From: Octopus vulgaris
Lineage: Eukaryota
Direction: 5' to 3'
Length of the DNA stretch: 64,000 nucleotides
Assembly: GCA_951406725.2 (NCBI GenBank)
Contig: OX597825.1
Location: forward strand, 22,072,001-22,136,000
The notes beneath the pieces were generated by a model that was given only the letters and a program-made list of their open reading frames with translations, was not told where the DNA came from and did not search any database. The number at the start of each line of letters is the position of its first letter. Position 1 is the first letter of the stretch. Made by a program: the position numbers and the translations under genes. Below, one piece after another: positions 42,117 to 55,280 of the stretch.

Positions 42117-43408
42117 CACGAAGCTACGAATAACTGCAAACATAAAATAGTGATAAGTGCTAACATCAAGCGTAGAAGATGCAATGACCGCATCATTTGC
42201 AGTAGCCCAGCCTTGAGTAATCGGTAATAAACGAGTTGGCATTTGTAATCACTTGTCATTATGACAACCCCTTGAAACGGAAACCGGTGAAACTATGTTA
42301 CAAACGTGTATCGAACGCAATACGCTACAGCAATCTTGCTACAATTACATGGGGCCTGTTTACTCGGACCAGCATGCTTCTCGAAGCAAATTGTATAGAT
42401 AAATAACATTAAAGAGTGTAAAAGAAACATGTCTTCTATACTTTCAAATGAAAAGAAGACCCGGGTAGTGCTGAATAAACAATGGCAATCACGAAGGCAT
42501 TGAAATTCCGCAAGACCAAAGTGAAACAGTGATAGTACCAGAATGAAAAGCACGATCACAAACAACCGGAATGAAGCATGACTCAATTTTACATATAGTA
42601 AAATCATAGCCTTGATAAATACGAAGTAGATCTTACGGGGGATACATTTAATTTGATAACACTGCGAATTTTCTTCAAAGCAGCATGCTTTATGGGATAA
42701 AATACGCAATAAAATAGACAATTCCCGCTATACACCTTGTAAAGAATATTTACTTAACTATATCATAAATATTATACAACATATTACTTAAACAATAACT
42801 AAATACTAAAATAATGCCGCTCGCTATGTGCCAACAGCAACCAATAATCTAATAACGTAAAATATGCCGTTAAGTAATCCGCTTTTGCTATATGACGTCT
42901 ACATACACATAAAGCCAATGAGAGATCCGGGTCTTGTAGCTTTATTGATATGACTTGTGCAAATGATAATTAAATAACAGTGCAGGAGATAGAGATCACT
43001 TTCTTAGTGAAAATATAAAAAGAAAGGACATATAATCTGGATATTGAAAAGTGAGGACATAGACTATAGTCACAAGAAGAGCCCAATAATTACGGCAAAG
43101 TTATGAGTTTGGAATCACCGTATATGAGGGAAAAGAGCGATGAATTGGATAAGAAAATTTCTATAAGCATATTCAACAGTTTGCACTTCAAAACATATCT
43201 TGTGTAAGGCACTTTATATAAAGTCGGCAATTGCAATGTGTACAATATAATCAAATCCACCATACTATTGACAACTAGAAAGGTTCCTGCAATCATTGTG
43301 TCTGGAAGAGTAACATATATAATGACTTTAAAAATGACAAGATGTGTCACATTGTTTGTCAAGAACATGATGGTGATAACGAACATGCTGTTGCTGCTAC
43401 TAATTGCA

Positions 43409-43477
43409 TTAATAATAATAAAAATAAAAATAAAAATAATAATAATAATAATAATAACAACAACAACAACAACAATG

Positions 43478-43536
<59 letters not shown>
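43409..43536. repeat. (AAT)n microsatellite (Dong target tract)
   Basis: Directly visible. Confidence 0.97.
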
Positions 43537-43537
<1 letters not shown>

Positions 43538-45871
43538 TTCCAAAAAGTGAAGAAACAAATGAACCAAAAAACTATAGACCCATAACCTGCTTAACAACTA
43601 TGTACAAAACACTAACATCTGTCCTGACGGAATATACCTATAGTTTTTTAACAGACAGCAGCATATTCCCTAATGAACAGAAAGGATGTAAACGTGGATC
43701 CTACGGCTGTAAAGACCAACTACTCATCAATAAGATGATCTTAGAAGATTGTCACAAACGACACAAAAACTTATCAATAGCCTGGATAGACTATAAAAAG
43801 GCTTTTGATAGCCTACCACATAGCTGGATTAGGAAATGCCTTGAAATGTATAAGATAGCACCAACTCTGCGAAACTTCTTGACTGTAAGTATGAGATCAT
43901 GGAGAACCACACTAACTCTGAACAGTGACAGTGAATCCCTAAATGCTGGTGATGTTTACAATTTCGTGTGGCATTTTCCAGGGTGACTCACTGTCACCAC
44001 TCCTCTTTTGTTTATCCTTAATACCTCTCTCAAAGCTGCTCAATGACGCGCAGTACGGGTATAAAATGTTTGATAAAAATATAAATCATCTCGTTTACAT
44101 GGATGATTTAAAGCTTTTTGCAAAAAATGATCAACAACTCAAGGGCTTACTAGCGATAGTCAAACAATTCAGTGACGACATCAGAATGCAATTCGGCCTC
44201 GATAAATGTGCAAAGGCTACCTTTATCAAAGGAAAAATGACAGAAACATCTAACGTTAACCTTGACCAACAGAATGTCATAAAAGAACTAGACCCAGCGG
44301 AGAGCTACAAGTACCTAGGGATAATTGAAGGGAACGGAATAAGGCATTCAGAGATGAAGGAAAGGATCAGGAGAGAATGCTATCGAAGAATAAGAGCAAT
44401 ACTCAAGACAGAGCTGAATGCAAGAAACAGGATCGAAGCAATCAATGCATTAGCTATACCAGTCGTGACTTACAGTTTCAATATTGTTAACTGGTCAATT
44501 ACTGAAATATGTCAGCTCGACAGAAAAATAAGGAAACTGTTGACAATGCATAGAATGCACCACCCTAAGGCAGATACAGAACGACTCTATCTGCCAAGAA
44601 AAGAGGGAGGCCGTGGTCTTTTGCAACTGGCAATAACAATGAAGATTGCTACAATTGGCCTAAACACCTACCTGAAAAACTCTGAGGACTGGATGCTAAA
44701 ACTTGTCTCAAAACATGAAAACAAGAAAGCATCATACTCAGTCACAAAACAGGCAAAGGAATATCTAAGTGAATTCCGAATACAACCAATTTCGGAATTA
44801 GAGATAGATATACAAGAAACAAGCACAGAAAAAGCTAGGCGCATGAAAACCCGTGCCAAAACTGCGGCCTTAGATATTCTGAATAATAAATGGCAAGAAA
44901 AACCTCTCTATGGCAAATACCCAAAGAGAGCGAATAATGCAGACATCGACAAAGCCCTGACCCATCAATGGCTAATGGCCTCTGGCTTAAAATCTGAAAC
45001 AGAGGGGTTTATCATAGCAGCTCAAGATCAATGCCTACCAACAAGAAACTACCAGGCCAACATATTAAAGATCAGAAGCAGTCCAACGTGTCGTGTATGC
45101 AAGCAACAAAATGAAACCATTGACCATGTGGTCTCCAAGTGCAGTCTTCTAGCGCCTACAGAGTATCTCAACAGGCACGATAGAGCTGCACAATATATTC
45201 ACTGGGTAATCTGTAAAAACCTGGATTTGCCCCATGAAAAAAACTGGTGGGAACACAAACCACCCCCAGTGCTTGAAAATGACCACATCTCACTCCTCTG
45301 GAACTTCACCATTCAAACTGACAGGAAGATAGATGCAAATAGGCCAGACATCATATTGAAAAACTTCAAACAAAGAACATGCCTCCTCATTGATATGACT
45401 GTCCCAATCGATATAAACGTATCTGTCAAGACCTACCAAAACTGAGCAAATATAAAGATCTTGAAATAGAAATCAGCAAAATGTGGAAGCTGAAGACTAA
45501 AACAATACCTGTTGTCATAGGTGCCCTGGGAATGATAGCAAAAGGGGCTGATAGCTACCTAACTCAGATACCAGGAAACCCAAAAATGGCAGAAGTTCAA
45601 AAGATAGTGCTCATGGGAACTGCTCATATCCTACGCAAAATACTCTCTATGTAATCTCAAGGTTTAAAACAAACATAATTTTCGGTTTAAAAAAAAAAAA
45701 AAAACTTTTTTTTTTCTTTTTAGATATTCATTAGTACAACATCCCCACCCCCCAAATATATGGCACACTAGACATAACAACAACATGAACTTCCAACCCT
45801 GTTGTCTCTTGAGGTCTCTGGGTGAGACTTGGAGCCAACTTGTACAAATATAAAGCAAAAGTCAAACATAG
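43537..45871 (+). mobile_element. Dong/R4-clade RLE non-LTR retrotransposon, 5'-truncated, two frameshifts
   Basis: RT motifs NYRPITCL, EQKG, WIDYKKAFDS, GIFQGDSLSPLLF, YMDD, YKYLG. CCHC knuckle CRVC..ETIDHVVSKC; RHD; RPDI endonuclease motif. Frameshifts at ~43958 and ~45441, stop at 45654. (AAT)n on both flanks. Confidence 0.96.
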
Positions 45872-45970
45872 AATAATAATAATAATACTAATAATAATAT
45901 TGCTGATATTAAGGATGATGATAATGATGATGACGATTACGATGATGATGGTGATGATGATAATGATGAA

Positions 45971-46009
<39 letters not shown>

Positions 46010-46012
46010 AAT
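45872..46012. repeat. (AAT)n grading into (GAT)n
   Basis: Directly visible. Confidence 0.95.
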
Positions 46013-46490
46013 GAACGACATCATTACGACGAATATCATAACAACGACACACAGTTCCACTAACGAGAGGTGGGTATGTAACTTAAATTATTTCGGTGAT
46101 GTATAGAGTCCAATATAAACTTTCTGGGAGAGAACCATTGAGCTGTTTTCGTTCGCTCTGTAAATAAACTGTTGCTAACAGACATGATTAATAATGTCTT
46201 ATATTAACTATACAATGTATATTTAAAGCAAAGACAAATGATTATAGAACAGAATCTGACAGGACAATCAATGAACGCAAACAAATTATAATATTATTGT
46301 ACCTGAACTAAACGGTACTATGCGAAATACTTGGTAACAAATTGCTCATATATTCATATACAAACAACTTATCAATGACAAGAAGAGCTTTATAATAGAC
46401 TAAATACCGTATTTTGATACTGATTACATATGCATACACACAGAAATGCAAAATTATAAGCAGGTAGGTATGAGTAAAGAAAAGAAAAAT

Positions 46491-46628
<138 letters not shown>

Positions 46629-46648
46629 ATATATATATGTGTATATAT

Positions 46649-46699
<51 letters not shown>

Positions 46700-46746
46700 C
46701 ATACATATATTTATAATATTTGCAAGTATTTAATATTTAAGTATCG

Positions 46747-46781
<35 letters not shown>

Positions 46782-46864
46782 TACATACATACATACATAC
46801 ATACACATACAGTGTGTGTATGTCTATTCGAATCGTAAATGAATATATGTAACAAGAAGGTATA

Positions 46865-47252
46865 ATGTGTGTGTGCATGTGCTTGTGTTTGTGTGATATC
46901 GTTGTGTGTGTGTGCGTTTGTGTGTGTACGTGCGTGTGTGTGTCGGTGTGTCTGTGTGTCTGCGTGTGTTTATGTGAGTCTGACAAAAATAATGGCATAC
47001 GGAAGCCCACAACTATCCAACCGGCGTCAACTCTGTCAGAACCGGAGACTGACCTTTCTGAAATCAAATGAAAAAAGAAAGTTGAAGAAAAGGACTAACA
47101 AGTGTAAGACATAACGACATTAATCCTCTCCTTGTCCTCATCTATTTTCCGCGAGGCATCCATCAACGCACTCACCTTGGATGGACCGCTTAATCAAGGA
47201 CTTGAATTTATTTGAAAGAAACAATCAAAGGAAATGACTGCGCCGACCCCAA

Positions 47253-47283
<31 letters not shown>

Positions 47284-47516
47284 CATTAATACATGTGTGT
47301 GCGGTTTTAACTAAACTAGAGTCGTTGAAAATGTTTTCTTATACAGGCGTAGGAGTGGCTGTGTGGTGAGTAGCTTGCTTACAAACCACATGGGTCCGCG
47401 TTCAGTCCCACTGCGTGGCACCTTGGGCACGTGTCTTCTACTATAGCCTCGTGCCGACTAAAGCCTTGTGAGTGGATTTGGTAGACGGAAACTCTAAGAA
47501 GCCCTTCGTATATATG

Positions 47517-47559
<43 letters not shown>

Positions 47560-48760
47560 ATATATATATATATATGTATATATAAATGTATATATATATA
47601 TGTATATATATATATATGTGCGTGTATGTATATATATTTGTGTGTCTGTGTTTGTTCCCCCACATCGCTTGACAACCGATGCTGGTGTGTTTACGTCCCC
47701 GTAACTTAGTAGTTCGGGAAAAGAGACCGATAGAATAAATATTGGCTTATAAACAATAAGTCCTAGGGACGATTTGCTCGACTAAAGGCGGTGCTCCAGC
47801 ATGACCACAGTCAAATGACTGAAACAACTAAAAGAGTAGAAGAGTAATGGATTCTATTGTTAATGAAATATCTCGAGATAACGCAACAAAATATCTTATG
47901 AGGCAGCTTTGTTCAGGCTTTCCTTTTGTACTATATATTCTTTATAACGATAGAGGCCAGTGAAAATAAATTTAGTCAATAATACACGAATTCTGTTCCC
48001 TTCCGTGTTATAAGAGCGCACAATTATTGTAATTACTAGTTATATCTCATTCAGATTAGATTTAAACGTATAAAAACTATACCTTTACATTCAAATACAT
48101 ACGCATGAAACAAACAAAAAAATCACATATTCTCAGCCTTATTCCAATCCTCTCCCCCCACCCAGGATTTTCGAACACTTTTCTGTTTGATCTCTTACAA
48201 CTCAATCCAAGTTGTCTTCTATTTTTGTGTATGTTATTAACCTTTTGTTTTTTAGAGGAATCTGAGGAGGCTATTTTCTAGTCAATTCTTCCAATCCCAC
48301 CGTTGTATACAATGGTTCTCGCTACTACCATTGTTGAGAACGATAACTTGGGTGATGTTTACTATGATGGCAGAAATATCAACTCCGAATAGCTTCTCAC
48401 GTCGATGTCGAGCAGAAATATATTTTTCATGCACAAAAATTTGATGAAACGATCTTTAATGTCGTTATATCTTACAATTTTTTTGTCCTTTTTATTATAT
48501 TGTTTCTTCAACTTTCTTTTTTCAATTGACATCAAAAAGGTCAGTTCCGGTTCTGATAGAATGACGCCGGTTGGATAGTTGTAGGCTTCCGTATGCCAGA
48601 TATTTGTCAGACTCGGATAAACACAGGCAGACACACAGACACACCGACACACACGCACGTACACACACACTTACGCACAGAAACGCACACACACACACAC
48701 ATACTCACACTAACACACACACAACGATGTCACACAAGTACAAGCACATGCACACACATA
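46865..48760. repeat. Long inverted repeat: arms 46865-47123 and 48456-48760
   Basis: tggcatacggaagcccacaactatccaaccggcgtca vs tgacgccggttggatagttgtaggcttccgtatgcca; homology extends across both whole arms. Confidence 0.93.
47345..47846 (+). mobile_element. SINE family A, full length with expanded internal (TA)n
   Basis: Head, core and tail present. Confidence 0.95.
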
Positions 48761-48891
48761 TATGTCCATGTCAAACGAAACTATCAACTATCAACATGCC
48801 AACTTTGAAATAATTGCACTAACACATTATACGTACCTAATACATATATTCGGAGAACATTTTTTCTAGCGTCTATTGATATCCTAGCATC

Positions 48892-49098
48892 GAAGGTAGT
48901 GAGCTGGTAAAACGGTTTGCGAGTTGAACAAAATTCTTTGCGGCATTTCTACCTGATCTTTACGTTCTAAGTTCAAATTCTGCCATGGTCAAATTTCCCT
49001 TTCATCCTTTCATTAGCGATAAAATAAGTAGCTGTAAAACACAAGGGTAATGAATTTTCTCCTCTCATACAATTGCTGGTTTCACCAAAAACAGAAAC
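48892..49098 (+). mobile_element. Degraded SINE family B
   Basis: gaaggtagtgagctggtaaaac...gttcaaattctgcc...ctttcatcctttc. Confidence 0.8.
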
Positions 49099-49296
49099 CA
49101 TCTCCATCCTAGCACCGGAATCGCTGATGGTTTTCGTTTTCTCAAAATTCAGTTTTTGGAAGCCAATGAGTGAAAGCAGTAATACATATTTTCTGTTTTT
49201 CCTCTTGTATCACTTCTGATGATGAAAATAACTGCAACGGAAAAGCACTTACGGACATAAAATTTCTATCAGTGTTCATTTATATCATCGCTATCA

Positions 49297-49603
49297 CAGT
49301 GGTTAGGGCAATGGCCCAGTGGTTAGGGCAGCGGCCTCGTGGTCGGAGGATCGCGGTTTCGATTCCCAGACCGGGCATCGTGTGTGTTTATTGAGCGAAA
49401 ACACCTAAAGCTCCACGAGGATCCGGTGGCGACCCCTGTGGTATTCTTTCACTCCAACTTACTTTCACTCTTTCTTCCTGTTTCTTGAGTAACGCTGTGA
49501 TGGACTGGCGTCCCGTCCAGCTCGTGGGGAACACATACGCCACAGAAACCGAGAAAGCGGGCCCATGAGCCTGGTTAGGCTTGAAAAGGGCGCATAAATA
49601 AAA
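49297..49603 (+). mobile_element. SINE family C head with a third type of 3' module
   Basis: Family C head (with duplicated cagtggttagggca), then ctgtgatggactggcgtcccgtccag...gggcccatgagcctgg...gggcgcataaataaaa. Confidence 0.9.
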
Positions 49604-49788
49604 CCCCACTCTATCCAACTGCAAGGCTGCACATTCTGACAAGCGATTCTTCACTGCAGTTCCTGTCAGCAGCTGCAACAGCAGCAACATTGGGGGAACT
49701 GTCTAAAAGTCCGCAATATAAAATATAAAATCTGACAGTTTTACTCGACAGAGAGACTTTTGAACCTGCGGACCTAATCTAACATTAA

Positions 49789-50109
49789 TACCAAAAGATA
49801 ATATTTATCACAAATTAAAAGTAGATATTGTATCAGAGCGCCAAATACTACGCCATTTACAATGAGGGATTCTGTCATATGCATTTGTGGTGCATATGAA
49901 CGCTCATATATTTATCGCTTGGGGGAGATGTTCGTATGTACCACCATCGGAACTATCAGATCACGTTCGATTATCTTCCGCTAACGATATTAACGCAAGT
50001 GATTATATGTACGACTCCATACAAGAATTTCTGTCATGTTTAATACTGCATATTCTGAGTTTTAAGATAACATTCAATTTTAAGTTTCGATAAATATTAT
50101 CTTTTGGTG
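49789..50109. mobile_element. MITE-like element with TTAA target site (piggyBac-type termini)
   Basis: TTAA|taccaaaagataatatttatc ... gataaatattatcttttggtg|TTAA; 20 of 21 positions complementary. Confidence 0.65.
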
Positions 50110-51128
50110 TTAATACTGCTTTTGTCAGTATTAATTCATTTCTAATATATCCACTGGCTACTTGCTCCAACATCCGAATAGACATTGCGATTTTTTGTAG
50201 AATGAGGACGGGAGTAATGCTACTGTCTCTAGCCACGGATGTCTGCCACTGACAAGGTCAAGCAAGGCCAAGAAAAGCCAAGAAAGGCCACGAAAGCCAA
50301 AATCATATGATCTGGCAGTACCGCTGGCAGTAACGAACGATTATCTCCATATGAGAGGTTATCTCTTAGTATATAACGAAATATTCTGTGTTCTGACTCA
50401 ACATTCATTTATACGTCGGGGGTAAATATTAACTTTTGATAATAATATTACTTCTGTGACTATTTATCATTAGTACAACTGTCTGAAGGCATGTAGCACG
50501 AAACTATGCATAACAAGAATGAGAATTATCACATGATACAAACACCTCTGTGTGCGCGTGTATACATATATTTATATTCATATATACATTAACACCTGTG
50601 CACTTACAAGCGCTTATATACATGTATAATACAAAAATGTGACCTCGAATATATTTTATCTAGTAATTCCTATCTTTTATCTTATATGTGCAAGTAATTT
50701 TTAGACTATTTAGGGAATTTATCCTTTTAAAATTGACTTTTATTCCTATATTTATCGACCTCTCATTCGTTTTGCACCTCTCATGTTTATCAAGCATAAA
50801 TCCTTACATCTAATTTTAATTTTTTTATATGTATTTTGTTAATATATTTCTATATATCTTCTATGTATGTTCTATGTATCTTCTATATATCTTCTCTGTA
50901 TCTATTTGTATGTTTGGTTTTATATGATTTACACTCTTGGAGAATCGTTATACCTGCACATATATGATGTATGCTGATTGGTATAAATATATATGATTCA
51001 ACCACTGTGGCTGAATGATCTACTTTATGTGTTCGGGAATCTGTTTGACTGCCTAAACTTTTCATGTTCATTTATGTTTACTATCTCCCTCTCTCTCACT
51101 TTCTTTCTCTCTCTTTCTCTCAATTCTT

Positions 51129-51175
<47 letters not shown>

Positions 51176-51203
51176 CCGAAGGGGTCTTTACAACTTTACC
51201 CTT

Positions 51204-51257
<54 letters not shown>

Positions 51258-51264
51258 TTATAAG

Positions 51265-51475
51265 GGGTAAAGTTGTAAAGACCTCCTTCGGTCATGAATG
51301 ACTATGGGACTACACCTTCGAAAGATCCCCTCCAAGGCACCAATCTGGACAGGGTTGTTTATGGAAGACTAACAATTGCCGATGCTGATTCCTCTCCTAT
51401 CCAACGGAAAGTCAAAGGCCGATAATGCAGCTTGACAGGAATGATGTCCCAACTCATTTCTACAGCTGAGTGAAG
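51265..51475 (-). mobile_element. SINE-like 3' half ending in a short (ctttaccc)-type tail
   Basis: ggtaaagttgtaaagacctccttcggtcatgaatgac...caactcatttctacagctgagtgaa. Recognised by resemblance to recalled cephalopod SINE 3' ends; only one copy in the window. Confidence 0.55.
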
Positions 51476-52671
51476 TGTGCATGGCTCAGCGGTTCAAACG
51501 TCGAGCTAACAATCATGAGTTAGTGATTTCAATTCAGTTTCAACACTGAACAGTTAAAGACCTTACAAAAGGTAGAAGTTTTCTCCAACCAAAAAATTAC
51601 TACTCACATATCTGTTCAGTGTTGAAGCTGAATGGAATTTATGAATATCTTTATGCATCCCTACGCACGTTTCCACAAATCTCATGTTTCCTACGATGAT
51701 AATCCATACTTGTGGGATAATTATAGAACAATCCGTAGTATTCATGGATCATAGGTCATGTGTTCATTGTACCACCGATTGTAATTGAAAGGAAATTTTA
51801 AGAGCATATCGTTGACAAAAGATATTAACTGAAATTCAAAAATAGAAGAATTTTACGTCCTGATCTTATTACATGTGAATTCATTGAGGAGGCGCCTGCT
51901 GTGACATCACACACACACTCACACACATATACACAAACATGCACAAACACACACACACAAACATACACACACATACACAAAACACACGCACACTCAAACA
52001 CATACACATACACACACATATATTTCCAAGGAAGCAGTGAGAGCAATAATCCCGTTGAGAGTGGGATAAATAATGCTGCAATGAAAATATTATATATTTA
52101 TTGTATACGTGGAACATATTTTAAGCTGAATCATATCTTCTTCCTGATTAATACGCAACGTGCTTAACGTGTTATTTCCTAATGAATTAGTACAAATCAA
52201 TCATACTACTACAATAATCACTGTTATCATTTCTATTTAAGATATCCTTGAGAATGAAAGCAGATAGAAACATAACAGTTATGATAAAATAATAATTGTT
52301 TTGTAATTCTGAGTAATCTTTTAAAATCGGACAATACTTCAACAACCCATTTTAGATTTAGAGTATTTGTATAAACCAGCAATTAAAACCAATAAATTAT
52401 TTTTTAAACAACGGTTTTAATGTAAATTTTAATGTTAAATAAATATTTGTCTGAATCAGCTCACGAGGATTTTATCTAAATTGACGTAAAGATATAAAAA
52501 ATTACGAAGATTTTACTAAAATTACCAGAAAATTTCGCCTATTTTATTATTATTTTTATTTGGTGACAATGAGCGTTCAGTTTGCATTTTGGTAGAGGAA
52601 ATACTCTATATTTACTATCTCTCATCGTCATTTAATTTGCTGGCAAATAATATATTCCATGTAGAAGGAAA

Positions 52672-53389
52672 CTGCTCCCATAATTTGTTGATGAAAGAAA
52701 GGTGTAGGTTTACCGATGTCTACAGAAAGCTACAGGTTGTGTACCGGGAGGGCAGCAGAGAAGAGGGCAATACGTACAGGTAGGTGAGAATGTTTACAGA
52801 ACGGGAAATCGGTATCAAAATCTAACAACAAGATAAGAGACCATCACCTCTGACCACTAACACATAATACCAGAGTATCGCCTAATTGACTCGCGCTGAC
52901 AAACGGGCCACAATCTGTGATCTGGCTGTGTAACTGGACTGTAGCCATGACACATTCATGATGGAAGACTGGGTAACGGAAAGTGTGCGCAAAATGGGTA
53001 TCTTGGCGGTTGATACTCTGTTTGAAGGAATGTAATGTGAAGTCTGTTCTAATTTTCTGGCGATGTCTTAGAGGCCACCGGTTTGATCGCCACAAGACGG
53101 GATGAAAATAGCTGTGAACACGGGTGTAGAACAGTGCTCACATGAAATAGATATTTGCAAAGTCTATTGGAAAGTTCGCTTCAGAAATGGTGTAAAGGCA
53201 TTATTTATGATGAGATAATGGTGGAAGAGCTATCAGTGAACATGAGCAATTTCTACAAACAATAGGCAGTTCAAATTTTGTTGTTGTTCTAATGCATGCT
53301 TTTAAGGTTGAGCAACGGGGCAATGTGACCTAGTGTGAATCTACGCGAATTTTTATCAAAAGGTCTTTTACATTTTGACCCACCTTATA
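52672..53389 (+). pseudogene. Mariner transposase relic (internally deleted)
   Basis: LMKERCRFTDVYRKLQVVY...TYR*VRMF...KRPS...TRADKRATICDLA..LDCSH...G*RKVCAKWVSWRL is the mariner HTH region plus a WVPREL-like motif. TIR-like ttacattttgacccaccttata ends at ~53389. Confidence 0.8.
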
Positions 53390-55280
53390 AGAAGTAAAAG
53401 CACTTTGGTAAAATAAGGTGTAACATAACCGAAACATCTACAACAATGATAATGATGATGATGATGACGACGACTACGACGATGATGATTATAATGATGA
53501 TGATGATGAAAACCAGTATCGAAGATTAGAATTTATTCAATATTCCTGAAGAATGTAACTAACACATTTTAACGAAACAAGGTTGGAACATCGTACGTTT
53601 CGTCTCACGTCTGTGCGAACAGGTTTGTCTTACAACTAATTAACGACGGAACTGGAAAAAATATATATACAAATTTCAAATACCGTGTACTATTTCAAAG
53701 TATAACAAGATTTGGTATGAACACGCTTCTACATCAACCAGATTTCAATAAGTTTCGTAGTAAAAGGAAAGATTCATATTGTCAGAATTCACTATGATTA
53801 AAAATAGAAAAAAATGATTAAGTACTGAATCCTTGCTATGAAACATTAGCTCCACCTGGAATATTCTCAAGTACATATCGTTTGGACGTTTATCTGAATC
53901 CCCCGCCGTTATTCTGTTCTCGTGTTTCTTCAGGGACAATTGTACCAATTTTTTATAATTCTTATTTTTCCCTCCCGCGTGGATTTCTATTTATTTTCCA
54001 GTTGTTGCTTTGATATATCTTTTGTAAAAAAAATAAAAATAAAAAAATAAAAATTTTACCTTGCTGTTTCAACTTCAGAACATAAAATTATTGAACTCCC
54101 CTTTATTTCCACTTGTCCCCGACTCCATTGTTTACTGGCAGATTTTTTTTTTATAGATTTTTATTGTTTATGCTTAAGTTCTTCCTTATATTTTTGGATA
54201 ACATATTTCTGGAACAGTTTTACTTCTTATTAAGTTGAACTACAAATTGTTACAGTGTTCTATATTTGTTTTTATAATTCATATATTTTTTTTATATTTT
54301 GATATGAGGTCAACTTAGGTTTGCTGGCACTTTAACCCGCCATAGATATTTTCTATATTTTTCCGTATTTATAGTCCTTCGCACACGTGCATACCTATAA
54401 GAATACATATACACACATTCATACATACTTATACACACATACAAACATACACATATGTATCTATGCCTGTAGGGCACTGGAAAACGGAGAATCGATATAG
54501 CGGTCGACTGATTACAAGTATGAAAATAATTCCGTGATGGTAGTGTAAGATAATCATATCTATTTTTCATTAAATACTTTATTGAGAATACTTACTTCAT
54601 TAGATACTCGTTTTTAATAGAGAAACAATACAGTGCAGGCCAAACTTTATTGCCCCTCAGGGATATGCGAAATAGCTGTAGCCATCACGCGGATCGTTAG
54701 CTCTTTCTGATTATGGAACGCACGCTTATATATATTACATTGCTAAATTTGAAGTCTCAAGAGTGACATATAAATGACCATGTTCAATTAACTACTATTT
54801 GTCTTATAATGAAGTATTTTGGACAATACGTTTGATAGATACATCTACGATCTCATTAATTTACCTGTCTGCTCTGAAATAATTGTTTTACAATTGAAAG
54901 ACGTGCTCCGTTATTACTATGTCCATTACAGAGCTAACAAGAAGATCCAGCTAAGTTTTCTGCTAATGAAAATGTGCGTGACTTAAGTATTTTGATACAG
55001 CATGAGACGAACAACATTTTCGCTGTACTTTATTAACCTGTGCTTGAAGTGATTTCCCAGTTTGCAATCGATTTCAAATTAAAGAAATGCAGACATAAAT
55101 GAGTATATTCGATGTAAGTTAACATAAATATGTCTTGTAGACATATTTTCATATTTTCCTTCTTTTTGTTACTGGCTTTCGTCATAGGACTCTGGTCATG
55201 TTTGGGCACGCGTTGAAGGGTTTAGTCGAACGAACCAATCCCACTATTTATATTTGTGTTTTTTTTTCTCTTGAAGCCTA

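Larger units (their letters stand above)
38960..43300 (+). pseudogene. Fossil Dong/R4-type retrotransposon ORF, interrupted by SINEs
   Basis: Collinear decayed motifs: KYKRRN..KDPNKF (~39540), KWCKN/YGC (~40235), NDIF*GNTYSPLMFYLS (~40452), DKYLG (~40580), YRMHRAGAGFDRVY (~41350), VLNKQWQ (~42468), SCSFIDMTCAND (~42932), YNIIKSTILLT (~43240). 5' boundary uncertain. Confidence 0.78.

Noticed and set aside
43342-45445. Host protein-coding gene or active retrotransposon
   Set aside because: 5'-truncated and frameshifted twice; the poly-Asn N-terminus is the AAT target tract.
49620-49715. piggyBac-like peptide DKRFFTAVPV...GGTV
   Set aside because: Short resemblance to the D.FFTS motif with no convincing collinear context.
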